Of a stretch of DNA of 64,000 bases, positions 49,033 through 59,631 are shown one piece after another (positions within the stretch are counted from its first letter, which is position 1; every line of letters starts with the position of its first letter). The translations under genes and the position numbers were made by a program. This DNA comes from Eremomyces bilateralis CBS 781.70. Lineage: Eukaryota. The DNA lies in NCBI GenBank assembly GCA_010015585.1, contig ML975172.1. The stretch is one strand, 5' to 3'. The notes under the pieces were generated by a model. That model made no database searches. It was not told where the DNA came from and saw only the letters and a list, made by a program, of their open reading frames with translations.

Positions 49033-51708
49033 TCACCCACCCCCTCCCACCTTTTTCTTCCCTTTCACCCCTCCAACCCCCACCCCCCTCTCCCTCCCCC
49101 TCCTCACCGCCAAAAGACACCTCCCCACCCCCTCCAAATCCCCCAACATCGTCACATGCCCCCTCCCTGTCTCCACCACCCCGCCCCTCTCCACCGCATA
49201 CCCCTCCGGCACCATCGCCGCCCTCGCCAACACCACCCCGTCGCCGCTCGCGAACGCCAACTCATCATACGCGCTCGTCCGCGCGATCGCCTCCCGGCTC
49301 GCCACCTTCGCGCCGAAGACCGTCGGGACGGATTTGCCGAAGAGGACGGCGTGCGGGGGGTAGCGATTGCTGGTGGCGGCGGAGAAGATGGGGTTGAAGA
49401 AGAGGAAGCGTTTGAAGGCGAGGGTGCGCGCGAGAGTGCGCTCGAGGTAGGCAATCGCGGTGTGGAGTGGGATGGTGACTATGGTTTTGGGGTCTTGGGT
49501 TGGGTTTGGGGGCCCAGGGAAGGGGTTGTGAGGAGGCGCGGTGGGGGGAGAGGAGGATGTCATTTGGGGTGTGATTGCGGTGGCAGCAGTTGCGGCGGTG
49601 GTGGCCGGGGCAGCGGTAGATAGGGCTTTTAGTTCACTCGTGGAGGAGTTGGAGCTTGATTCGATTTTGGAGAGGGAGCTCTTTCGACCGAGCATGGGGA
49701 GGTTCGGCATCCGCGAGCCGATGATGCTCCCCAGGCTTGTGGAGGAGGAATTCGTGCTCCCGAGGGCGGGGAGCGGTGGAGACATGCAGGGCGACCAGGC
49801 GTAGCGGATCCAATCGTTCACGCTGAAGAAATTGACGCGGTATTCTTCCTTGGTGTGCTTGTTGAAGAAACAGCGTCCGTCTTCTGGGAGTAGTGCGAAA
49901 CTCGATCGCATCGTGAAGTTCACTTGCGCGGTGAGCACGCGGGAGCTGAGGAAGACGTCGTCGCCGTTTCGCATGGGCCCGAGGATGTTCACGCATGTTT
50001 GTGGGACGCCCGCGTACACGACGCCGGAGAAGAGGGAGGGGTTGGTGTTGACGGCGTGGCGAGTGATGAGCCCGCCGAGCGAGTGCGCGATGACGAGAGC
50101 ACCTCGACGTTCAGGAGGGACGTCCGGTTGATTCGACGGCAGTTTCTCGAGGAATTGCACGAGCTGTCGGCTCAGGAGATCCGGACTCAGTCGCCAGTCG
50201 TATCCGTAATCGTGAATTCGTAACGTCCCGTTCTTCGCGTTCTCGCATTCGCGTAGTCGTTTAAACAATCGGCGGGAGATGTCGACAGGGCCGATGTGGG
50301 TGAGCATGCCATCCGGTTTGATGCGATTCCCCTCTTCTTCGTCTTCATCATTCAACCCGACTTCGAGATCGGCTTTGCGGAGGTTGAATCCGACTTTGAG
50401 TGGCAGCCAGACACGGCGTTGTGGAGCGGAGGCAGATCTGAGGACGGAACCACGGTAGCCGCCGAGGACCACAAGGTCCCCCGTAAGTCCTTCAAGAGCC
50501 TTTGTCAGATGGGGGTGAGGATCTGGTTTCTTCTGCGTGCCGTTAGGCGGGGGTGCGGTTTTGGTCCCGTTAGTTTGGCCGATTGCAACTGGTGTCTTCG
50601 AGCTTTGCGCGGCGAAGGTAGCCGCATTGGGACTGTCGACAATGGCTGCCTTCGTTTGGTTTAGGGGATTGTGGATAGAATCCAGGAATGACACGTTGAA
50701 ATTGAAGTTCTGTATCGAGCTGAGACTTGGGAACTTGAACTCCGTGTCCTGGATGGTGTCCACAATCGCCTTGAATCGAGAATTGGCCATCTCTTGCACA
50801 TTCTCAAACCTGCTGTCGTCCCCAAGGGAGGGTAGTCTTGACAATCCTGGCCGGCTCCTAACCGATAACGACAAGGAATCTTCCGATCTGATCCGTCGGA
50901 GTGGGAGGGATCCCGTGCGATACGACGACCCAATGGATAGCTGCCTCAGCTCATCAACCGGCGATCTGACCGCCGCCGAGGGCGCACCAATTTTTCCCGG
51001 CGTGTCGGATGAAAGCTGTGGTATGCGCTGCGGGTCTGACAAGTTCCTCGCGTGCTTCCCCTTCTTCCCAACATCGATCGAGAACCGTGTGAGGTCGATA
51101 TTGTTCATGAAATTCGGCGTCTTCGAAAGATTCGGCATGTTGAATGAAGGGATATATTTCTTCAGTCGGTCTTCCGTAGAGTACGACCTCGGTCTCCCCA
51201 TCCCAAATGCTTCTCGGAACACCTCCCTTCGCGACATCATCTCTACCTCAGATTTCCACGGCGACGGCAACCGAAGCTTCGCCACGTCCTCCTCTTCCTT
51301 TTCCACCAACACCTCATCCGACAGTGTATTTATCCCCTCGTCTCTCCTTGCTGCAGGTAATGGCGCCGCCCAATCATCCTCCCCAAAGAACACGTCCTGT
51401 TCCTGCATGGCCGCCACCTTCACCTCCGCAGGTATGTTGGCAGACGTCAACCGTTTCTGCGCGTACCCAATGCTTACCCCTATGACATCCTGCGCATCGT
51501 CTTCAGGAGAGGGGTCATCGAGAGGAAATTCGGCGTCCGAGTTTGTTCCCGTGTCTGAGTCGGTCGGGTCAGCGAGGGAGGCATAATTGATATCTTTGAG
51601 GGCGGAGGGGCCTGCGTGGGATGGAAGTGGTCGATTGAGGGGGGGCGAGGGCGGAGTGGTCGATTGGGGCATCGTGAATGCCTGATCGCTTCTGGAGGAG
51701 AATACCAT
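49033..51708 (-). CDS. LCAT-like alpha/beta hydrolase (YJR098C-like)
   Basis: VVLGGYRGSVLR, DYGYDWRL, IAHSLGGL (nucleophile), GDGVV, RGHVTML. The start may be the Met at 51672. Confidence 0.88.
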   Translation of the reverse strand: MVFSSRSDQAFTMPQSTTPPSPPLNRPLPSHAGPSALKDINYASLADPTDSDTGTNSDAEFPLDDPSPEDDAQDVIGVSIGYAQKRLTSANIPAEVKVAAMQEQDVFFGEDDWAAPLPAARRDEGINTLSDEVLVEKEEEDVAKLRLPSPWKSEVEMMSRREVFREAFGMGRPRSYSTEDRLKKYIPSFNMPNLSKTPNFMNNIDLTRFSIDVGKKGKHARNLSDPQRIPQLSSDTPGKIGAPSAAVRSPVDELRQLSIGSSYRTGSLPLRRIRSEDSLSLSVRSRPGLSRLPSLGDDSRFENVQEMANSRFKAIVDTIQDTEFKFPSLSSIQNFNFNVSFLDSIHNPLNQTKAAIVDSPNAATFAAQSSKTPVAIGQTNGTKTAPPPNGTQKKPDPHPHLTKALEGLTGDLVVLGGYRGSVLRSASAPQRRVWLPLKVGFNLRKADLEVGLNDEDEEEGNRIKPDGMLTHIGPVDISRRLFKRLRECENAKNGTLRIHDYGYDWRLSPDLLSRQLVQFLEKLPSNQPDVPPERRGALVIAHSLGGLITRHAVNTNPSLFSGVVYAGVPQTCVNILGPMRNGDDVFLSSRVLTAQVNFTMRSSFALLPEDGRCFFNKHTKEEYRVNFFSVNDWIRYAWSPCMSPPLPALGSTNSSSTSLGSIIGSRMPNLPMLGRKSSLSKIESSSNSSTSELKALSTAAPATTAATAATAITPQMTSSSPPTAPPHNPFPGPPNPTQDPKTIVTIPLHTAIAYLERTLARTLAFKRFLFFNPIFSAATSNRYPPHAVLFGKSVPTVFGAKVASREAIARTSAYDELAFASGDGVVLARAAMVPEGYAVERGGVVETGRGHVTMLGDLEGVGRCLLAVRRGRERGVGVGGVKGKKKVGGGG

Positions 51709-52512
51709 CCAGGAATGCTCGGTATCTGTCTTGATGCTAGGATATCAGGTGGGACGAAGAGTGCTAGAGGAGCTTGTGAAACGCCATAGAGTTCTAGCTG
51801 GACAAGGTACCTGTACAATGGATAACATCGGTACACGGAAAGACGAGACTAGGAATCAACAACACGAAAAGTAAAACGTGAAGCTGGAGTTGCTGACACG
51901 GTACTCTTGAATACCGAATGAAGATAGATGTCCGCAGGCGGTACACTGTCTCGATGGACCTTGGTCGCTGACCCACCGTCTATCCGCCCGCTTCCAGCCG
52001 CAACAAAAGCAAACCGATAAGATCTTAGACTTCTACTAAAACTCAAGTTGTGCAGGAATATGGAAATTGACAGACACGATGCAGACAACGTTCATCAGCC
52101 ATGTCGTCAGTGCGCGCCTCGTATTGCTTCCCCGATTGAGAGGAAAGGCAGAGGATGCCAGCTAATTACAAGAATTGACGTCGGGGATTGGGTGCGGCGT
52201 GGCAGGGGGCTGAGGCCTCCGGTTCCATTGGCGGAACTCCGTTGGGGGAACTCTTCAAGTTAATACAATGATCGGTCTCAAGGAGTCATGTTTGATCGGG
52301 ATAGCAGGTGTTCAATGAGAAACTAATATGACCAGTTCTAAATTCTAATCTCTAGGTTCAGGACAGCCAGGTAAGCAGATAAATCTGAGGACATCATTCA
52401 GGGGTAACGACGTCCGATATCTAAGTTCATCATTCTCATATACACCGTCATATCTTCTTTATATCCAAGTCTCCCATATCAGTCATCCATCGCATCCGCC
52501 TTTCAACATCCC

Positions 52513-53799
52513 TCATCTCCCCATCTGCGCCACCGCAACGGCATACCTCGCCTCCTGCACCTGCGCCACCATCTCCTCCGCTCCCTCCCTCACCTCCCTC
52601 ATCCCCCCCTCCATTCCCCCCACCCCCTCCCTGACCCTCCCCACCATCTCCCACACCCTCCCTACCTTCCCCACAAAGTCCACCACCGTCCCCGAGTCGA
52701 CCAGCATCTCCGCATCCCTCTCCACCGCCATCCACGCCTCAATCCGCCGCGCAAGCATCTCCGCCGCCTCCGCACATTCCCCGGCCGTCGCGAGGGAGGC
52801 GTCGATGTCGTCGACGGCGGCGAGGAGCGCGTCGTGCTGGGGGACGCAGGATGCTTGGAGGTGGAGGCGGAGGGTGAGGAAGTTAGAGAGGATAGAAGAG
52901 GGGGGGTTCTCGGTGGTGAGGTGGTGGAGGTGTTCGGCGTAGGCGTCGTCTTCGGCTGTGTGGAGTTTGGAGAATTCGGTCGCTTTTCGGCGGAGTTTGT
53001 CTTCGATGGATTCGTAGCGAGGGGGTTGGAGGGGAGTAGGTGTCAGTGCTGTTTCTGTTGCTGATACAGGAGGACTCAACGGGGAGCTCGGTCGTTGGTG
53101 ATGGTGCAGTGGCGGCACTGATTGCTGGCTCTTCCGAAACGAACCAGTCTTGTTAACCGGCGGTTTCCGTCTCCAGTTCCTAAGCAGCCCTCCCAATCCA
53201 CCCGACGACCCGACGCTATGCCCCGAATGTGCATCACTCGGCCGTTTCCACCCCTCCTCCCTTCGTTCCAGCGTCTGCCTCTCCTCCCTCCGCGGCGCTT
53301 CCCTCCGGTCCATCTTCTCCCTTGGAGCAAGCGTATACAGCGCTTCTTCCAGCAGCGCTCTCTTCTGCGCATCTTCTACCGGGCGCAGCACCGTCTCGAT
53401 GCCGGCGATCCATGTCGCGCGAGAGAGTTTCGGCTCGTGGATCCCGCGGTGCCGTGGGGGGAGGGAATTGTCGTAGCCTAGAGTTGGAGAATCTGCACGG
53501 CCAGATCTGGCGATCACGTCTGAATCGCAGGTAGGGTTGGCGTGGGTGGAGTACGCGAGGTCGGGTAAGTTGGCGAAGTAGCGGCTTAGATCGCAGGCTT
53601 CGTAGTAGTCTTCCTGTGGTAGCGCTGCGGTGTCGAAGCTATTGAATCTGGTCATTGTATCGGTGCTTGAGGTAGGCTTAGAGACATAGGGGTTCCTTTT
53701 TCTTGTTATTGTCCTATATAGAACAGTACTGAGAGAATCCATCATGATGAGAACGATGAAGGCTGTCAATGGTGACTCCCTAAAACTAGTGGTTTGCAT
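52513..53799 (-). CDS. Hypothetical protein with C-terminal coiled-coil (start may be MTRFNSF at 53655)
   Basis: 428-aa open frame with the same codon skew as neighbouring genes; no recognisable motif. Confidence 0.6.
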   Translation of the reverse strand: MQTTSFRESPLTAFIVLIMMDSLSTVLYRTITRKRNPYVSKPTSSTDTMTRFNSFDTAALPQEDYYEACDLSRYFANLPDLAYSTHANPTCDSDVIARSGRADSPTLGYDNSLPPRHRGIHEPKLSRATWIAGIETVLRPVEDAQKRALLEEALYTLAPREKMDRREAPRREERQTLERREEGWKRPSDAHSGHSVGSSGGLGGLLRNWRRKPPVNKTGSFRKSQQSVPPLHHHQRPSSPLSPPVSATETALTPTPLQPPRYESIEDKLRRKATEFSKLHTAEDDAYAEHLHHLTTENPPSSILSNFLTLRLHLQASCVPQHDALLAAVDDIDASLATAGECAEAAEMLARRIEAWMAVERDAEMLVDSGTVVDFVGKVGRVWEMVGRVREGVGGMEGGMREVREGAEEMVAQVQEARYAVAVAQMGR

Positions 53800-54108
53800 C
53801 TACTAGTCACTGAATAGACTCATCGTATGCGTCTGCCGTTCACTAGGAAGCGATTTGCCCGCTCACCCCAAGCACCCATATAGTTCTGGTGGATAGAGAC
53901 ATTATCGGATCCATACCAGTTAGATAGAGAATAAAAGTACAAAATAATACTGAGCAATAGGTATCTTAATCGACAGTCATAACAGCGTTTCAGTCATTCC
54001 CACGACGCGTCCAGCGCTCATTCATCGCCAAAGGAAGAAATCAAGGGAGTGGAGTGTGTATCTCACGTTCACAAAGGTTCCAACATTCCCACGGTTCAAC
54101 ATGGAGCG

Positions 54109-55525
54109 TCACCAGAGTAACCCGAACGATGCGCAAAGTGTCCCCATGACAATCCACACCCACCAACATGTATATCCAGTCCCCCAACTCCCCAGCAGCG
54201 CAAGCCTCACAGCAGCGCTAGTATCAGTCTTATTCCCCTTCCCCCCCCCCCGCCCTCGACTCCCCCCTGGCCCTCCCCTCCAACCCCCCTCTCCTCTTCC
54301 AAACCTCGCCAACATGCACTCCCACCGGCCCCAAACCCCCATCCCTTTTCGCCCTCCGCCCCCCCAACGCCACCTGTCCTCCATCCCCTGTCCCCGCCAA
54401 CGCCGATCTCAGAATCGTCGTGCTCCTCCCCCCATGACACGCCACCACCTCCCACCCCCACCCCCCGCCCCCGGGAACCACAAACGTTGCCTGCCCATCG
54501 TCGAACGCATAGCTATACGCATCCGGACACACGCGCTTCGCATTCCGCGAATACAGCCCCGGTGCGCACTTCTCCGGCGTCGCGAACTTGCCGGCGCAGC
54601 AGTCTTCGGGGCGGTTCCATTTCGCGCATGCGGAGAGGCAGGGCTGGAATACGGGGCGGGGGATGGCGTCGTCGGGGTAGGGGTAGATGTCGGCGCCGGG
54701 TTTGGGGGGTGGGTGGAGTTGGCAGTCCCAGGGGCACCAGTGGAGGAGGGAGGAGGGAGGGAGGGAGCGGTCAAAGGGGAGGGGGGATGTGGAGTTGGTG
54801 CCGAGGAAGCGGGATTCTTCGTGGGGATTTGTGGTGTCATCGGCGTAGGGGGAGAAGTCTTGGGGAGCGAGGTGGCTGGAGGTGGCGATGCAGGAGGGGT
54901 TGGTGAGGTTGGGTGGGATGTCGTCGATGCCGGTATTTCCGGGAGCTTGTTGGCGGATTATGGCTAGGGGGATGTTGTAGCCGTCGACGAGAGAGATGTC
55001 GTAGTATGTGTTGCCGTCGCCGGCATCGAGGGTAAATTCTGCTAGAGTGACGGGGAGGTCGCCCTAGCCTGTTAGTATATCCTTTCCTCCTCTCTTTCGA
55101 AAACCTACGGTTGCTTTACAGTCCAGAAGACCGTTGCAATCTCCAGTTCCACACGCTTTCCCTGTCTGGTTGTTTTCAGGCCCTGTGCCTCCCTGATTGA
55201 AGGTGCAGTTCGTCCGCATCCATATCCTTCCTTGCCAGTGCTTGTCCAGCGTCTGGTCGCGCGACTCGCCGGGTTTCAGCTCGAATCCATGGGACTTTGG
55301 CCCTTTTCCCGCCTGTGTCACGATTCCTGGCCAGATGGTTTCCTTGCAGTTGTTTGTGATAGTTATGGGGATCCTTTCTTCCTTCTCTTGTCGACCTCGG
55401 ATCCGAGGTAGAGGGTCATACGGCGGGATCCGATTCATATGATGGTATGCAGAGACATGAGGGATATCGAAGGTGACTAGGAGCATGAGAAGCACCCTTG
55501 TGACCGGCATCTCTATAGGCACCAT
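54109..55525 (-). CDS. Secreted thaumatin/osmotin-like protein (stop at 54230 as sequenced; hydrophobic tail to 54109 in a shifted frame)
   Basis: ITNNCKETIWPG, WQGRIWMRTNC, CGTGDC, TLAEFTL, YYDISLVDGYN, CPDAYSYAFDD. Signal peptide; intron near 55108-55064. Confidence 0.93.
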
Positions 55526-56094
55526 TGTAACGCTGGCAAAGTCTAACAGTCAGATAGACGGGCCTTCTAAGACTCGTTTAGTAGACAACCAGGAAGCTAC
55601 AGTGGTGCTAGTAGTGGTATCCAAGGATATAGCGGCACGAATGGGATCTTATAGAGAGATGGCTAATGGTTATATCAGTGAATGTAGTTTGAAAGGCATG
55701 AGGAACGCCCATATGCGAGGTAGCTCGGCGTCATGTTAAAGAACATCGCATGTCATTGCACGGCTGCTTGGTATTCCATGTCATCCATGAAGTACAGCTT
55801 CTTCCCTCCCAGTGGTCAATAGCGACATATTGCTCATCTAGAAACAGGGAAAGAAGAAACGCGTGGCGGGGGATGGCGATCCGTGTCGGGCTTGGTTGGA
55901 TTCGATGCGCCTGTCGTGTTTCATAATATGGACTGGACATCGACATCGACAGTCTGAACTGGACGGACTTTTGGATCCATGTCGTCATTGGTGCCTCAGG
56001 GGAATTGTTTAATGCCTGAGGCCAATATATTGCATGTGCATCAATCTGATGTGGTCACACACTCACACATGCAATGCAGTCTGGGGCAGTGTCA

Positions 56095-57563
56095 CGCGGT
56101 GGGACGGAAAAGCAAGACACATATGTCCCGAAATTTTCCCGCACACAACCAAAATGTCTAGAATCTAGGAAATTCCATCATTAATGTAGCCAATATGGTT
56201 TATACACGGTCTAAAGCTCATCAAATCGAGCGATTAAAGAAAAATGCCTCTCATCGTCATTATACGACTCCCGAAAAGGCCTGCCTTCGGGGAGAGGTGG
56301 AGCACGAAACCGCTCGTCGTAGGCAGTACGGATTCGAGACCGCCCACTCTAATACAGCGATTTTCAAGCGAAATAGAGTCCCTCGTTCGTCTGCATACCG
56401 TATCTTAAAGTCTTACAAGGACGATCGACGAATATCAGACCAGGAGACACGCGGGCGGAAGCCCCTCATCCCGCCTACCAAGCTCGCAGCCCTTGATACC
56501 CTGGTTGAATCGATGGATTACGAAGACAGGACTATATCATGGGACGGACTCGCGTACGAAGCAGATATTGACTGTTCACCACGTACGATTAAAAAAGCTA
56601 TGGAGACGATGGATTACCATAAGTGTATCGCATGCAGAAAAGCGTGGGTTTCAACGCAATTGGCTGCTAAACGCGTTGAATACGCGAAAAAGATGTTATC
56701 AAAGTATCCTACACCGGAACACTGGAAACATGTCAGATTCAGCGATGAGGTCCATATTGGTCTTGGGCCCCAAGGCAAGAACCTTATTATACGAAAACGA
56801 GGACAGCGGTACTGTTTGAATTGCATCCAACGAGTTTCTGATCCGGATGAGGCGGACAAACGAAAAGTCCACGCCTGGGCAGCCGTTGGATACAATTTCA
56901 AAGGCCCTCTTGTCTTCTATAACATACCGCCGAATAATACCGGCAAAATGTCGCAGGAGGTCTACTTAAACGAGATCCTCAAACCAATCGTTAGGCCGTG
57001 GATTGCAAATCATGAGTATTTTGTATTGGAGGAGGACCAGGACTCTGGACACGCACCGCCAAGATCAACCAAAACGAAGCCCTCCGCGGTATCCCAATGG
57101 AAAAAGGACGTAGGACTCCAGTCCTACTTCAATTGCGCCGGGTCTCCAGACCTTGCGATCATCGAGGACTGTTTTCAACCTCTCAAGCAATATATACGCA
57201 AGTTTAGGCATTGGGAGCCCGATGAAACACGCCAATTAGCACAGGAGACTTGGTATGAAACACTCGATCAGGAATGGATTAACAAACGAATCCTTACAAT
57301 GCCTGATCGGTTGAGAAAAGTCATTGAATCTGAGGGCCAACTAATTGCCTTTGGAGGAGGTATGGCGGGCCCGAGACCAGGATAACCGCCAGGTTTTCGT
57401 AGATATAGACTGATCATCTAAGTACAAATAGCCTCAAAAAAGGCCTGATTAAATTTCACTTGTTTTGCGTGGTGTATTGTACGTGAAACCGTATCTTCAT
57501 ACAAATTTGAATGGGGTAGTGGTGCCAAGACCAATATGTGTCTTGCTTTTCTGTTCCGTTTTG
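56095..57563 (+). mobile_element. Tc1/mariner-type DNA transposon with eroded TIRs
   Basis: A perfect 18-bp inverted repeat GAAAAGCAAGACACATAT (56107-56124 and 57534-57551) flanks the transposase ORF. The outer TIR bases have diverged. Confidence 0.85.
56195..57385 (+). CDS. Tc1-like DDE transposase, intact 396-aa ORF
   Basis: RGRKPLI, WKHVRFSDE, HAWAAVGYNFKGPLVFY, LEEDQDSGH, SPDLAIIE, MPDRLRKVI. Confidence 0.93.
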   Translation: MVYTRSKAHQIERLKKNASHRHYTTPEKACLRGEVEHETARRRQYGFETAHSNTAIFKRNRVPRSSAYRILKSYKDDRRISDQETRGRKPLIPPTKLAALDTLVESMDYEDRTISWDGLAYEADIDCSPRTIKKAMETMDYHKCIACRKAWVSTQLAAKRVEYAKKMLSKYPTPEHWKHVRFSDEVHIGLGPQGKNLIIRKRGQRYCLNCIQRVSDPDEADKRKVHAWAAVGYNFKGPLVFYNIPPNNTGKMSQEVYLNEILKPIVRPWIANHEYFVLEEDQDSGHAPPRSTKTKPSAVSQWKKDVGLQSYFNCAGSPDLAIIEDCFQPLKQYIRKFRHWEPDETRQLAQETWYETLDQEWINKRILTMPDRLRKVIESEGQLIAFGGGMAGPRPG

Positions 57564-57820
57564 TTGAGTCCTCAGGCAATAAGGCTCGAGTACCTCCTTT
57601 ATCTCGACTCAGCTCTGAGCTCTGTCTCACCGACATGGAGGGGTAGGGGAAGATGACTACAACTCCGTATCTTCACCTGAGGTGTTAACGTTGTTGTATC
57701 CTCCTCATTCTACCTAACAATCCATTTCTCTCGTTCGCTACCTTTGATATCAAGAGGTCCATTTGACATAACGGTGAATGATTGCAGTACCCCTAGCCAG
57801 AGCCCATACCCGAACCAGCA

Positions 57821-59523
57821 ATGGACGACAGCATTCGAGACATTGAGTCGCTCAACATCTCCATCGAACTGAGCAGTGATTGTGATAAGTATCCTGGTGA
57901 GGCCTCCCGTTATGAGGACCAAATTGCGGAAATATTAACGGCCTCTTAGCAAAACAACATGCTCAGCATGTCGCCCGTCAACTGGGTGTTGGTAAGGGCA
58001 TAATCTTCTTGTCATCTGGCAAGGATGGGAATTACGAGGATAGCGATACGCCAGTCCCGTTCCGTGTCAAGCGCTACTTCTATTACTTGAGCGGTGTCGA
58101 TGAGCCCAATTGTTCCCTTATCTACAACGTCTCGACCGATGAGCTGGTCTTGAGCGTCCCTCCGCGACGCACCCCGCGAGAGAGGTTCTACCTTGGAAGC
58201 CCGTTGTCGGAATCCGAAGCTCTCCAGCGGTATGATTTCGACGCGGTGGTGGAACCTGTGAAGTTCCTAGAAAGGATATCAAAATGGTTTGATACAAGTG
58301 ACGGCGACTTCTACTTGCTCAGTTTCACCGAGTTGCCAAGTTACCTGCAGTTGCTATACAACAAGTACTACCAGCGTTTCAATCTTTGCGGACTTTACCC
58401 TGCAATCAACGAATGTCGAGGGATCAAAGATGATCATGAGATCGGCTTGATCAAGAAGGCCAACGCCATCTCTGCCAAGGCACATCGTGCCGTCCTCGTG
58501 AACCTACGCAAGTTCAAGAATGAGTTTGAAATCGAGAATCAGTTTTTGTTCACTTGTCGCGCAAATCGAGCGAAGAGGCAATCCTATGAGGTGATAGCCG
58601 GTGCCGGTCAGAATGCTGCAACGCTCCATTACACTGCAAATGACCAGTCCTTCGCGAAGGACAGGAAACAGCTGGTCTGCATGGACGCCGGGTGCGAGTG
58701 GGAATGCTACGCTTCGGATGTCACCCGAACATTCCCTATCTCGGGCCACTGGCCATCCCAGGAGGCCGAGGAAATCTACTATTTGGTCAATAATATCCTG
58801 CGGGTCTGCGTGGGCATCCTGAAGCCCGGCGTGAACTATCGCGGTGTCAACTTTCTGGCTCATCAGATCCTGGTGAGATGCTTCCTGAAGCTTGGCATAT
58901 TCCACAACGGATCCGTCGAGGAGATCCTGCAAGCAGGCACCTCGTTGGTCTTTCTTCCCCATGGCCTCGGCCATCACATGGGGTTGGAGGTGCACGATGT
59001 CTCGGGCAGGCCGTTGATTTACCATACTCGGGAGGATATGGCTGCGAGGCAACATTTACCCGCCCCCGATGTCGGGGTGTTAATCAAGCAGCCACTGGTC
59101 GCTAACAAGGCATCAGAAGGTCTTGAATCAGGCATGATTGTGACCGTCGAGCCTGGCATCTACTTCAACAAACCCATCCTCTCGGAATACCGAAAAATAG
59201 AACCGCATAGAAGCTTCCTCAATACGAAGGTTCTGGACCGATACCTGCATGTTGGTGGCGTCCGTATCGAAGACGATATCCTCATCACAGACAAGGGGAA
59301 TGAAAACCTCACGACCGCCCCGAAAGGCGAATTTGCACTCAAGATTATTCGAGGCGACGTCGATGAGCACGCCAAAGCCCCGTGCGAAGAGCGCATGGTA
59401 GTTACTCCAGAGACTGCTGTGGAAACTGCCATAATTTCATTCAAACTCCATCACCAGCGGATTTGTCGGCGTTGGCAAGAAAGTGTATATGATCCCGTGA
59501 AAGAGTGCTCATTGGTCTCCTAA
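57821..59523 (+). CDS. Xaa-Pro aminopeptidase / prolidase (M24B)
   Basis: DKYP|AKQHA (intron 57897-57949), RYFYYLSGVDEP, DAGCEWECYASDVTRTFP, PHGLGHHMGLEVHD, TVEPGIYF, GGVRIEDD. Confidence 0.95.
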
Positions 59524-59631
59524 TTACAACCGGGCGATACAACTCACCACAAGTCCTGAATATCCAGCTCAATACAGGAATGTCAACATCTCCCCCCTGC
59601 GCAACTTCTCTGCCACCGATCTCTACACTGC

